The position numbers and the translations under genes were made by a program. Positions 1 through 14,900 of a stretch of 64,000 nt of DNA are shown here, in pieces (position 1 is the first letter of the stretch; each line of letters begins with the position of its first letter). Under the pieces are notes generated by a model. The model saw only the letters and a program-made list of their open reading frames with translations, had not been told where the DNA came from and searched no databases. Origin of the DNA: Lingula anatina (taxonomy: Eukaryota; Animalia; Brachiopoda); NCBI GenBank assembly GCA_051362555.1, contig CM120640.1:45238788-45302787 (forward strand). The letters are read 5' to 3'.

Positions 1-170
1 ATAGGGGTAATATAACCATCAGTTAGCAAATGTTTTGTGGTTAAAATTTCATTTCCCTCTGAAATCTTGGAAAACACTATAAAAAGTATAATTGTAATAA
101 TAATAACATAATATTGAATTTAATCACATTTTCTTCCACACCATTAATTTCTTTAATGACTTTGTCTCAG

Positions 171-2340
171 TAATTGAAGGTTCCAAGGCAGTAAGAAAAA
201 TATTCGAGTAACAAAGATGATCATTTTTACTTATACATCTCTTGTAAGATTACCTTATCCTAAAATTCCAACATTGTAATAAAATGTCTTTTGTATGTCA
301 TAGTCTGATGATGAAGATGAAAAAGACAAAGACAAGATAAAGCCAAACTCCGGCAATGGGGCAGACCTCCCAAATTATAAATGGACACAAACACTGCAAG
401 ATGTAGAGGTAATATTTTTAGTCCCCCCCTCCCTCTACAAGCAAAAAAAAAAAATATATATATATATATATATATTGACATCAAAACTTCAGCTATAGTC
501 TATGAAGTACGAAGGTTGACACCTGTTGCTGTACAAATTACTGTGCTTTAGTAATGCTTTGTTGCCAAACTTGTGAAAACTTCACACATGCATAAAAAGT
601 GTACACCATTAATTTAATCAAATTGATGCATATGAAATGTATGCATACAAATGTACATCATTTAGAGCATTTACAGTATTAATGTCATATTTTATTTTAA
701 AATTTGACAAACGTTCATGTAAGCAGTTTAACATCTTTAATTTCTATTCCTTATATTCAGATTAGAATTCCATTCAAAGTTCCATTCCCAATTAAAGGAA
801 AAGACTGTGTAGTGGTTATTGAGAAAAAGGTATGTTCAACAACTAGTCAGTAACACCAACACTTCCTCGTTTTTTCCTATTTTTTACATATTTGATTTGG
901 ATCTCTCTCAAGTGTACTCTAAAATAACATAAGTTTAATTCAATTCAATTCAATTTATTTCTGTACTGGTACATAGATTGTCATGACCTTGTACAATATG
1001 ATATACTAATGACGATACAATACAATAAGTGCATTACCATTTCTCTAGTTGGTATTATGTTGCCTAGCCATTTGTGAATGAAAAAATAATCTTTATATAA
1101 TGAACACACGTACTAGTAAAATTACTCAAAATATTCAATGAAGTAATGATGTCATTTTGAGTTATTTTTAGACTTTTCTCTCATTTCTTTTTATTTCATC
1201 ATAGCACTTAAAAGTGGGTTTAAAAGGTCATCCCCCTGTGATAGATGGTCCTATGTACAATGATGTGAAGAAGGAAGAGTCCACATGGTGCATAGAAGAC
1301 AAGAAAATTATCATTATAAATTTGGAAAAGGTAACCTTATTTGTAAAGTCCAGGAGAAGTTTTTTATAATCTATAATATTATATTATATTAAACTATAAT
1401 ATTATGTAAATAAACTTATCCTTAGACTGTTTTATATTTATTAACTCCTAAAAAAAGTCAAGATTAAAATGGAAACTCACTCTCAGACTGGTGTGTATAA
1501 TAGGAAATCACAAAAAGGAATACATATATACACAGTAAGTTGCTTTCTTTGCCAGGTCAACCAGATGGAGTGGTGGTCAAGAGTGGTCACCACAGACCCA
1601 GAAATCAACACAAAGAAAGTGCAGCCAGAAAATTCCAAGGTTTGTTCATTTTCCCCCTCTTAATATTAGTACAGCAGGAATGACCTCTACTCAGTGATAT
1701 TTTCAGATATTTAACTACGGATTAGTAAGGTGCTGTGTGGTAGTATTTTTTTAGAAAGACATCAATTATATCTTATTGTGAAAATTTGAAGTTATTAAGA
1801 ATATCACAAAATAGATATTAAAAGGTGGTACAGCCACTGGAATTAATGTAACAAGTAAACTTTTTTTTGTAGCTGTCTGACTTGGATGGGGAAACAAGAT
1901 CACTGGTAGAAAAAATGATGTATGATCAAAGACAAAAAGAGATGGGCTTACCAACATCAGATGAACAAAAGAAACAAGATGTGTTGAGCAAGTATGTGAA
2001 TGTTTAAAAGAACAAGTTAACTAATCAAATCATAGTAATTCCTTTACCTTTTTTTACTTTGTGAGTGATAAACATTGGTAACTGATCAAGTTCCCTATTG
2101 TATTGTGTTATGGCACTTTTGGGTCATGTCTAGTGCAACGGTTATTGTGCTGCATGCGTTTCAAAACTTACACGATTTCTTTTTGTGCTCCTTAGAAATT
2201 ATTCAGTACAGTTTTACCACATGATATCATAATGTTCATTGTATTCATATATGCAAAGCAGTATATTTACATTTTTGTTTTATTTCAGATTTATGAAGCA
2301 GCATCCAGAAATGGATTTCTCCAAGTGCAAGTTTTCATAA
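171..2340 (+). CDS. NUDC: Nuclear migration protein NudC (dynein/LIS1 regulator, CS/p23 domain); 3' part of the gene, 5' end lies outside the window
   Basis: Phase-consistent GT-AG exons: 304-408 ([35 protein letters not shown]), 761-829, 1205-1330 ([27 protein letters not shown]), 1556-1639 ([28 protein letters not shown]), 1873-1991 ([36 protein letters not shown]) and 2289-2340 ([16 protein letters not shown]). A probable 20-nt micro-exon lies at 171-190. The motifs match the NudC C-terminus. Confidence 0.96.
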
Positions 2341-4445
2341 AAAATGAGAATTGAAGAACAGCACACCAAAAGAAACATTTACAAATTCACAGCATCAACA
2401 TTGTGGTTAAAGATTTTGGATGGAGTGACATGGGATGGTATAAATCCCAAAGAGAAATTTCATGTGAACAGACTTTTAAAAATTGGACAAGACTTTATTA
2501 ATTTTTCCGTAAAAGTAATTTGTAAAAGAAAGATATTGCAAGCTTTATCAATAAAGATGTGAAGTTTTGATAGCGTTACTTATTCTGTTTACCAGTAAAA
2601 AAAGTAAAAACCACAAAAGACTGGATATCAATTTATTCCTTAGAAGATGAACATCTTCATGCTTTGTACAAATTAAGCGCAGTTAAGTTTTCTAGTTGTG
2701 CCGAGATAAATTGCAACCTTTGAAGTTCTCATGTTTTTTTCAAGTGCCTTTGTTCTTGTAGTTATGACCTCAAAACTGCAAACTGCTTCAGAATTTAGTA
2801 ACTAACTTACACAACTGCAATTTTCTTTGAGTACAGACCTTTGTAAATCACTTAAAATAAATACTTGTAAAATCTGTGCAGAATGTTTCCTTGTAATACA
2901 CAATACAAAGTGCTAAAATGCGTAAAGTTATCAACTGTAATTGCAACCGATATCTACAGCCACAGCAAAGTCTTTACAAGGTCCCTAAATCGTACACCTA
3001 ATAAAGTTGTGGACAAATCCAACAAAATATGCCACTCTGTGTAAGACCGATTACTTGTATATAAAAGAACATGTGCATTCAAGATGTTACATGATTCAAT
3101 TCGATACAAAAACAAAACTAATAAAATATATTAAATCATCTTATTTAATTTTGTGAATTTGCTGTTTTTAATTTTGGAATTGACAATCCAAAATGGATTA
3201 CTGGTAATGGAACAATCTCGCAATTCAATTACAGGTTTTATGGCAAAAAGCCCAATCAATCATTTCACCCACCGAACTACTTTTTCTTTGTCAAACATGC
3301 TGAGAGCAATTCTTCTGCCTACACCAATCAATCATTTTCCCTTGGCTTTGGCACACCAGCCACTTAACACCTTACACGTGCTGACATATTGCCTTGTTCT
3401 ATTACAATTTAAAAAAACTACTGTTTATTACATAATTATATTGCACTTTATTATATCAAGAAATGGAAAGTGAAAATTCTTTTTACCACAGAATGAACAA
3501 CTTTCCTGCCTAATACTGTATAATATTTATTGGATATTTTGATTTAAAAATCCCTACACAGGTATTTTTCAACTGGATGTTAAAAAGTAGGTAAATAGTT
3601 TTTAAAATACAACCTTGGAAAGTTTTCAAAATTAAAACATTATCTAATATCATTTTGTATTGGTTATTTCAAGTACAAATATTAATATTCAACTACTAGT
3701 AAAACTAATAATATCATTAAAATTATATCCATATTTTACACCAATGATCAAACCATCAAATTTGTTAAAAATGCACAGTGGTGATTTAAAAAATTTCATA
3801 ACTCCCTCCAGATTTTTTTTCTGGAACAGAACAAAATTCTAAACATCTCATCTTATTCGTATATATACACATAACCTGTGTACAGAACACCATATAAAAT
3901 TCCTGGAGAACCTTCAAAATGGTCATTCAAATTCTTCAATTTACAGACAGTACTCTTATTCTCTGCAACAATGTGATGTCCTTGTTTATTTGGGATCAAA
4001 CCAATGACCTTTGACAACAGAGGGGTCACAGTGCTTCATTTGTCCCCCCCTGCCCATAATGAGACTTTTCTGATATTATATTTTGATTACACTAATTTCA
4101 CAGCCTATTATTCTTTTTAGCATGTCAAGAGAAATTCAAGTCAGCTTTTAAAAAGATTTTAGTTTAAGAAATGTGTTTACTGTTTAAACATTCTGGATAG
4201 TATCAAGAAATCTGCTGATTTTGTGATATGCATAGCCTAGCAATGTTGATAATTCAAATTCCACTTTAAAATAGTCACATTTATGCAGTCAGATTACAAG
4301 TAGCCTAGCCATAAGTCTGAGCAATTCACTTTTTTAAAATATTTAAATAATCTGGATTTATTATTACCCAAATAGGCATGCCATAACAAGGCACAATCAA
4401 TGTCCCACACAGTGTCCCAGAATAAAAAGCCACAACAGTCAATCA

Positions 4446-7400
4446 CTACAATAAAGGGAACTGGCTTTGAATATCTATTTCCACTGGGCTTCTCATTTCT
4501 GCCCCCTTGGGAGATGATGATCGTGAAGTGTGCGGAGACTGCTCTCTGGACGTTTGTTTAGAAGACCGAGGTGACCGTTGAGTTTGTAGTTTGGATTTGC
4601 TTCTTTTTTTGTCCTTCGGTTCACTACCAAACAGGAACTTGAAGCTGCAATATGAAAGAAATATATTAAACAAACATCTTATTGCATACAAGTGAGATTT
4701 ATCTCCTGGCTAAGACTTTCTCAGGTCTAAAGATTTCCTTGAGTTCAAATTACTCTTATGATCAGTACATTAAATTATGGACATCTGCAAAATATAGGAA
4801 TTAAATGAGTGCACTGATTTTCAAATTAATCCTTCTCTCCCATATGTCAAACTTTAAACAAAAAAAATCCCTACATTAAACAAAATCCTAATATTTAATA
4901 TGGTTTAATAATTTGTCAGTAGTACAATCTTTTTTAGAATAGCAATGTGCAATAGATAAAAATATGGAAGTAGAGAGGTAAGGAAATGGACAAAAACTGC
5001 TTTCACTACAGGAAAAGCTACACAAAGCATTTCCATCTTAAATTTCAATACAATACTTTAAAATTCATCTTTTGTATAAAAGTTCCAACAACACACATAC
5101 TTTGGAAAGCTAACATTCAAGTGCAACTGATAAAATATGAAAAAAAAATGAAAAAAAAAAGTACATGCAAGTAATGTAAAAAAGAAATATTGACTACAAA
5201 AATGTGCAGGATCACAGAAAACAAATTTGTACATGACATCAAGCAAACTTTGCCTTCTCAATCAGTAAATTTCTCCATGATGCTATGAAACCTGTAATGG
5301 CAACAAAATAGAAGGTAGTCCAGTATTAGAATGTTGTTCTACATGGCAGCTGAGATTATAGTCATGCAATTCACAGAAGCACATATGGACATCACAGACA
5401 TGTTCATTACTCATTACTGAATCAGGATTAACATAAACCATGAGTACCTGCCATCACAGTAGCACATGCATCAAAATTCATCATTTCATGAAAATAAAAT
5501 AAAAGACAGCGGGTTTATCAGTGAAAGACATCTTTTGCACATACAAGATGCATGATATTTTTGGGCATCTGAAACACAAAGCTGAAACATTCAGATAAAT
5601 ATGAGATCACCTTCATTAGTCTATATTTTCTACTGGTTCCAGTCTCTCCAACAGACGTCGGAAGCTAGGTGAAGATGGATCAGATACAAATTAGGTTGTC
5701 AATCACAATAATATCATTTATGGGCCAGACTTTTTTTAAGCTGCTGGTAAAAAAGCTGGCAAAAATATTGATTTTTGCTATTACACTGTAAATCAGAATT
5801 TTCTCAATTCTAAAAGAGAGAGAATACATGGTTCTCTCCAATGAAGTGGGTGGCCCCTTTGGTTATCACTAAAACACTGCAAACCTCCAAGTAAGTAAAA
5901 TAAATGCATTCTCTCTAAATTTGATTTGTGGTGCTCAGAAAATGCATATATACATATTTTATTGGCACTTAATAGATTCAATTAGTAATTATACCACATA
6001 AAAAATCTATGTATTAGTATCTATATGTATACGGACAGGTTTAAACCACTTTTGATTTTGTCAAGGACCCTATTACAGATCTTGCAGAAGAACTATAAAG
6101 AGATGAATGGAAACACGGAAAACATGTTGTAAGTATCTCAATGTGTGCAATGTGAAATTAACACTTTGGGAAAAGTGTCAGAGAGTACAGGTTCGTTAGT
6201 ATGTGAATAGCATAGTGGTGTTACTGAAATGTCCTGTAGAGTACTTACAATTTTCTAATTCCAGATTCCTTATAATCAGGATAAAGCTTTTCAAAGGGCT
6301 CTTTATTAATTGGTCCTTGTACTGGAGGGGGACTTTCATCACCATCACCATCGTCTTCCTCTCTGAAAAAAATGGGAAAAATTTATAGGCAAATATTTAA
6401 AGTCTCAACGGTCAAATGTGCATATCCAATTCAAGTAGACTTCAAATTTAGACAAAAATATTTCAGCATAGTCAGGTTCACATAAACATTGCATGTGAAC
6501 AGGCAGTTCAGATCCATTATCAGCAAGAAGATGATTGCATGATGGACTACTCATAAAGCCTTTTCTGCCAGAGTTAAATGAACTACAGGAAATTTCTGAA
6601 ATACAGAGCCCTTATAACAACAACCAAGAACATGCAAAGATTTGAGTGCTTCAATCCAACCTACAAGGACTTGCTATCAGAAGCACATCAGGGTTTTTGA
6701 GCTGGCAATTTTAGTCTGTTCAATACATTTGTTTTCTGTGGGTTTTCAGACTTTTCTGGATTATTAAATTATTGGTATGGTGCAGAAGAAGATAACTGGA
6801 TAGTAACTCAGACAGTGACTCATTTTCCACATAAATCATCCCAGGAAATATATTTAGTCACAATGCATTCTATAATACAATAAGAAGGTACAGTAAAGCA
6901 ACCTATTCCAACATCACAAAAAATGTTTACATTAAAATGCAAATCGATTTTAAACTAATTACCTTAGAAAGCCAATACACAACTAAGCTCAATGTATACA
7001 AACATTAGAGACAAACAATAATAATTTCAATCAAAATGTTGAATATTATATGCATTGATTTACATTTGAAGTAAATTGTGCACTCATTTTTTCATTTCAT
7101 TAGATCTTAGTATCAGCATTTTGAAGGTGTTAACACCAAGGAAAGGATACATAAATTGATCTTGAACTGTTCTGCCTAAACAAGTTAGCTCTTACTTTGG
7201 TTTGTAGTGGCCCAACTCCTCTTCCACTTCAATGAGCCTTGTTTTCAGCTCATTTCTCTCCAATAGCACTTCTCTGAGCTCAGACAGTGTAAAGCGAGGA
7301 CGATTGGGGTCCTTCAGGTCAATCACCATCTTACCAATCATCTGTAACTTCTGTTCCAAGCTTTCAACCTCATCATCGTCAGGGGTCTACAGTGCAGATG

Positions 7401-8893
7401 TTTAGATTCAATCATAATAATAAAATTTAACATCTTTCAAAAGTTCATTAAAAATCAATTCTATCAATCAATGGAACTCAAAAAATGAATTTCTGAAATG
7501 TGTTAAATCATACTCCACAATAACAAAAAATTCACTTTTTATTTTAAAAAAAGTATACAACAAAAACGAATGATCCAGCATACATGATAGGTGTGTATTC
7601 CTGAAGATTGAACTATAAACTTGAATAAGAATCGGATACTGCTTGTCATCCCTTATAATTTGGAGATGAAAATACCAGGGTGTAAAACAGAATCTTTATC
7701 ACATTATCACTCAGTTTTTTTTATTAGAACCTTTATCACATTATCTTAAAGTTCTTTGAAAAATTCTTAAGCTAATATAAAAATTATTTGTACTTGTGGA
7801 GGGGGTGCAGCATGATGCTCTACTTCTTGTTGTTTTAGCATTTCTTGTATCTTATGAATCTGTTGTTCTTTGTCCTGCAATTGTACTTGAAGGTCCGATT
7901 TCTCCTCTATAAGGTGTTTAGCTTGCTTTGTTGTGTGGTTGGTCTTTCTCCGTAGGTCTGTATTCACTTTAGCCATTCTTTCCAGTTGTGCTTGAAGCTG
8001 AAATAGATACATTAAAATTAGAATGTACCCACTACTTAATGTGAACAACTGATGACTCAGATGCTCCTTGACAATGTGCTAACATTAATGCCAGAGAAAG
8101 ATAAATTTACATTCCTGAGAAGCAAGTTCTATTAATGTTAAAATATAAAAGAAAACTGAAAATTTAAATCTTTAAATAAGGCAGTAAACATTAAATTTTG
8201 TGACCAATTATCTTCATAATATTATACTATAAGAGGGAAGGAAGATCATTCCTCACTTTAGTTTTTTTAATACAGCTTACCAAAAAGATTAAATTCATCT
8301 TAAAACTCCATCCAGTGTAAATAAAAATTACCTGTACTTCAATACTCTTTTTTTTATAAATACAGTATACTTTGCCACAGAGGCCAAGTAAACAGGAAGC
8401 TACTGGTACATGCCAAACTGCATTTCCATAATCAATGTTATTGTGAAAATATTTCATCAAACAAATGAGGAAATGCAGTCTATGATCAAGAAGTAAAAAA
8501 AAATGTACCTGCAATTAACAGATTTAAAAAAACAGATAATTCACTTTTTCTCCACAGCCAACATAATCACTGAACTGCCTATCTAGGGATTAATTAAGGC
8601 TCACCTGAGAGCAGCATTTAGTTTCAAAGAAGCATTTTTGGAACAAAGTCAGTAACCAATTCAAAATTTTGTGCCAGACAATACAGTTCATAACCTAATT
8701 TGACAAAAATAAACCGTAACGCCATTGAACTGCACTTACAATAAAATTATAGAATATTGAATAAATTGAACTTAAAAAGAAGATAAGTATAAAGGTCTAG
8801 TAAAATGGCAATTTAAATGCTCTGATACATGTTCAATAACATATGCTTGAAAATGTGTAAAAAGTGAAAAATATAAACTAATTTCACACTTAT

Positions 8894-8938
<45 letters not shown>

Positions 8939-11900
8939 GGTACACACATTTCTTTTTCTTTTCTCTTTGTTTTTGTGCAAGGCTTTTTCAAGGAATGACA
9001 GTTAAATTCCACATTTTGAAGGTCAGGGCAGGCACAGAAGAGAACATATGGCATGGCAGCTTTACTGCCACCTAAGTATTCCCAAGTACAACAGGAATCA
9101 ATAAATTCTGGAACAACAATCCATGGAAACTTTCCAACCCTTCACTGTGGCTAGAAGCACTTATTGCAAAGAATAAATCACCCAACATTTGTTTGAATCC
9201 TGAAGATAAAAGTCAATGAACGAACTCATCAGAAGTTCTGTGGGTAATCATACAGTTTACAGTTAGAGTACTATACTTAGTAGCTTTCTGCTACAAAGTG
9301 CTTCATTTTCAGACTATAATTTTTCAAAGAGGTGCAGATGGGAAGAAATGTGATCCTTGCATGGCACATCTCTTTCTTAATGGGTTAATCATATTATATA
9401 TAAGAGGATCCAAGATGGTCATTAATTTTGAGTGAAAAATTAACTGAGTGAAAAATGCTACAATGAAGCTAAGCTATTCTATGAACTTTAATTTGATTAA
9501 TTTACAAATCCAGCAATTATCTGAACCATCTCAACTGTTCTTTTCATCCTTAATGCTGGTGAATAAAACACAAGTACAAATGGCTTGTTAATTGGTATGT
9601 GATGATAATGTTACTTTTTTTCAATATCTTTAGACAAGTTGAAATTAGTATCTATATGGTGTACACATACTCTCATAAACCTTTGTCCATTATTTAAATT
9701 TTTTTATCTTATTCTTTCAAATGCTTGAAATGATATGGCATGAGTATGGCAATTTTCTTATATGATATAAAACATGTATCTGGCCATCTTGTTGACTGAT
9801 GCAGAAAAAAAGTATTTGTTAACTGTTAAATAGAAAAGCAATGTCCTCTTCCCAGTACTAGCACTTCCTTTACTCAGGGGTCTCTTGGAGGCTTTATTTC
9901 AATTACAAAGACTAATATCGATAAAAATCCTCTTGACAGCTAAAAATAATTGGATCAAAGCAAATGGAAAAAGGGTGTGGGAACAAACAGTTGAGTAGAA
10001 AATTAATGCTCCTTTGTAATATTACTTGCAATACTGATTAAGGAGAATCTTAAATTATTGGTGATTTGTAAATCAGACAATCTGACATATAATAAACAGT
10101 GATCTGTTCTTTCTTACTGCATAATATCAAGGAATGAAGTGATGGGGATCTGAAACTATGACAAATGATACTGACCCCCCATTTTTTTCGCAAGTTTAAT
10201 CCACATTTCTGCTTGGTACTTTATATTAAATCTGAACTAAAAAGAAGGCATTAAGTACAAAGCTTAGAATGAAGAAAATGTTGGTAAGGAATGGCAAGTT
10301 ACAAGACATCTTGCAAATGACATTCTCTTGTTTTGCAGCAGAGCACCCCTCTGTAAATATGATGTGGTATACACTTTACCCAGTTTGATGAAAGAAAACA
10401 ACTGATACATATTGATATCTATGCACTGCTTTATCTCTACACTGGTACATACTGCTTCAATATCCACAGTCTTCTGTTTGTTCACTCTATCTAAAGCCCT
10501 GAGTTGATCTCTTTGCTTATCAACTGTCTCCTTTAACTTGGTCATAATACGGATTTCTTCCTCTTCTGTTTCTGAAATGGAAAAAAAAGATACATTCAGT
10601 ACCAAAAAATAAGAGTTAATTGAAATATAATTAAAGTGATTTAGATGTATAAATGCAATGCATCCATCCACACATACATGCACATTTTTTTCTTTGCTCC
10701 ATCACTCTTTGGCATTTTTGTACAGGCACAATACAGCATTTCAACTTGTTTATTATTGTTCACTGGAAACTTCACTGTGGGGCTCTATTGCTTTATAATC
10801 AGCTGTATCCTGTCATGCCTATACATCATACCTTTGAATCATTTCATTTATTAAAAAAAAGTCTATCATAAACTGCCAATACATTTCCTTGCAGCTGTCA
10901 AGTCATTATCACATTATAATGGTCTTATCCTGGATTTCACTGATCCCATTTCAACAAAATCTGAACCATTTTTCCCATTATTAAATTATAACAGTCTCAT
11001 TCTAAATTTCCCTATTCATTTCAATCAAACTCAACCTCTCTTTCGTAAAAAAAAATTTTTTAGATGTTTTTTTTAAAATTATGATCACCACTGTGACCTT
11101 AATTTCCCCCGTTACATATCTTTTCTTCAGGACAAAAAACATTTTTGTAAAATACATTCATTTTTGGATTTTTGCCTTCAGCTTTGACCTGGCACAGAGC
11201 TATAATTCCGCAAACTTAATTAATGTGTCCTAAGTTCCCAATTCCCTATCTTCTTTGCCATCAAACACCGTAGGCAGGATAAGTCTACTGGGATACATAC
11301 TCACAGGATTCCAATCAATGCAAGTATTGATGAGGGCAGAAATTACATAGCAAATTGACATAATCATGTGTAATGGAAAACCCAGCCATTCTTCAAAACC
11401 GATCATTCTTGAACTCATCAAATATTTTTCTGTTTCAATGAGCATCATCTTTGAGTACACCAAACACTTATTTTTTTCTGATCAATACACTGGTTTCCCA
11501 TTTTGATAATTTAGTGAAGTATAACAAGAATATTACAGCAAAGTGTCCAATAAAATGCTGCTAATGTGGTATTATGATCTTATGTAAGTATCAATAATTT
11601 GCACAATTACATCAACTAGGTACCACATACCATTACTGATATCCTATTAATGTTAATACTCTATTTATATCTTGCTGTTCAACATGATGTACAAATCTGT
11701 AAAACAAAGGTTGTGTTCTATAGCAGGAGAGCAAAGATGATCCTGGGAAAAACAGCATCCAAACCTCCTATCTGGCCCACTAATTTTGTAGCCAATCAAT
11801 CTGTCATTCAATGAGTGGCTAAAGGAACTGATGGACAGCTCTCTTACATTTTGCCAACAAATTCAAGAAAAAGTACAATTTAATGAATAGCACAATTTAT

Positions 11901-14900
11901 AGACTCTTAAAGACATTGTGTATTACCACATAATAAGAAAAATTCCATGAAAAGAAAATGGAAGGGACACATATTAAATTCATGATCAATTATACAGTCA
12001 ATTAACTGCAATAATGATTGCAGTGCTATTGCTCCCCTAGAGAATCTGTTATTATACCTTTTCTATGCTAAGCTATAAATAATCAGTGCAAATAGACAAG
12101 CTATCAAACCTATCCCTTATGTCCATACATGTGAATTACATACGCAGCACTTGCATAGTGGGTGTACTTCATGACATAATGGAGCACCCAGTGGACCAAT
12201 TTGATATGGATTTAATCTCAGTTTTATTGAGCTGCAATGCCACCACTTTTCTGATATGGCTTTTATTCATGATGAATTTTTTAGTATACCATTGGTGCCA
12301 TGGACAGCCAGCCTGAGATGTGGAATATTTTTTGTGAATGTGTTTAATAAGAATATAATAGCTCTGTAAATGTTGAGTATTCTGAAACACTAGGCCATAG
12401 ACAGAATTATGGCACATACATTTTGTATCAAATATAGCATCCAAATCATGGAGGTTATAATTCTGATTCTTGTTTGATAAATTTCTCAGTTAATATCTTC
12501 AAATAATCAAATTGTACCAAACAGATGTTTTCTTAACAATCATCAGTCTATAACTCTCATTTAATCAGTGCAATGCTGTTTCTGAAATTTCATAAGAAGC
12601 ATCTCTTCCAATTAATTTAAATCAATATTTTCTTTGTCTGAAGAAATTCCACAATAATTTGCTTCTGCAGCAGCAGTGAAGACCTATAGACAAACAAGTT
12701 CCGTGAGGCCACATTCTCAGCCATGTGCTTTTGTGAAAACCCTTGAAAATCCATACCGTGAATGCAATCATGCTGTTGCTATGATTCTGAAGATTTATAT
12801 TATGGATAATCCTCAACCAATAATAAGGCTGGAACAAGAATGGAGATCACTAAAGAACAGGGGTCCTTTTTTGCTTCAGCATGTCTTTAACTCAGCATGT
12901 AACTGTTCAATATATGCCCATGCATGTCACATGGGGGGGGGGGGGGGGGGGGGGAATACTTAACAACCAGGAAGTGACAACTTAGAAATTTATGATATTA
13001 CAGGTTTTAATATGAATCTGATTTTTACTGAAATTTGACAGATCTGCCTTGAGTGACAATCCTAACTGTAAAGGATATAATATCTTCAAAACGGACTTTT
13101 GTAAAATGATCAAAGTGCAATTCAGAGGTACTTACATGGTCACAAAAACCTCTTAACGCGAAGTAATGAGCTTTGTTTGAACTACCACACGTATCCAAAA
13201 ATGGGCCCATGTAGACAAACTTATAAATAATTACTTCTTGTTTTCCTGAATTTGCTTATACATTCATAAGTGAGAGTGAGAGAGGGGGTGGCAAATTAAA
13301 AGATCAAAACATTTTAACTAAACTACTGATTTATTGTTCACAAAATGCCAAGCATTTACGCAAGGAACAAACAATAAAATACAGATCTTTTCCTCTTGAC
13401 CATTGGGTGAATTTTACAAGATAGATGCACTGCCAATTTACAGACCCACAGAGGCTAAATCCCTCATTATTACCATACATGATGATGAGAGTCAATAGCA
13501 CAGTGTATAGTGTTATATTACTAAGACTGAGTCAGGCATTTTCAAAACAATATTGATTGGTTCAATTATTCAGTAGAAGACTACAGATGAATACTGTTGA
13601 CTTGCACTGTAGATGTAATGAGAACTAGTATGTGCTTCATGTGGATGGTTTACACGCACATACAGGTACATACATGATGGGCACTGATGAGAAAGACAAG
13701 GAAAATTAACTGCAGTTGTGACAGGTGTATAAAATGCCTGCATACATTGTTTCAACAGTGGACATCTCAAAGCAGCTGACCACACTAAATACTGTTTTCT
13801 ATCTTCACTTGTAGTTGTGAACAGAAGAGGTTCCAAATACAATTACTTATATATTCTGAGGGCCAACATATATTTTTTTAGCTTTTCCTCACAAAATCCT
13901 GGTTCTGTTCTACTCTCTCTCAGCCTTCCCTCTACCTAATTTATACCAATTGTATGCTTGGTTCAAACTTCTGAAGCCATACTTATATATATATTCAAGC
14001 TTTCATTATACAAAGTATTCAAAATGCCATTCATAAATTCCTGCACAATCCAACTACTATGCCACATGTCAGATATTGTCAAGCACTAATTGTAAAGTTA
14101 AATGAAGAAGAATTCTATTGTTCACCACATTAGAAATTACAATTTAAGACAGTTTCTTGTAGATAATAAGGACTGCTTTTTTTTTTTTTTTTCTTGATGT
14201 GGCCTGTTTTGCTTCTTACACAGTGATAATCATAAATCTGTCAAATGTCAAGATGGCCTGATGCTACTGTGCTCATGATTAAAACCAATACAATAATTGC
14301 TCTTTGTGCTGAATCTTAAGTTCATTCTCATTAAGGTTTCTAATTCCGTCTGGTACGTGACTAAAAATTCAATGAATCAATCAAACCGATTTCTCTGTTT
14401 TATCACATAAAAAATGTTTGGGCTAACATATACTTATAAGCATATGTTGTAGTGGGTTGAAGTCAGCATCAGTTTACACCATACTGTCCTGTTCATCCTT
14501 ACAGGTGTTCCATCAAATTGAATACTACCCCTTGTTTTCTATTTATTTGAAATGTGCTTTAAAAAATAGAAATGGCTCATATCGAAAAAAAAACACTTAA
14601 AAATGGCATCCATTGATTTATGTGCAATGTTTCACATCTGTATCAATGCATTGTTTTCCATGAAAGAGATTGCCATTGAATCTAATTGATGTCTCTTATC
14701 CTACAAAGCTAATAAATCAATCAAACCCATATGTCAGATTAACACTTAATAAGAGCAACCGAATCATAATGTTAAAATACTAAAAGCAATCGCATGTTGT
14801 GTTCAAAAGGCGCACTTTTCACCGAGGGTTTTTTTATTCACTGCTTCCTAATGGATTTTCCCACATCTATTTTCTTTGTAAGTTTCTGCTTTATTTTTAA

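Noticed and set aside
11230-11463. Possible extra RILPL exon with a GTGAGT donor near 11300
   Set aside because: The open frame ends in phase 0, incompatible with the phase-1 downstream exon, and the peptide is uninformative.
13479-13532. C/D-box snoRNA-like ATGATGA...CTGA
   Set aside because: Too short, antisense to the host gene, and no terminal stem.
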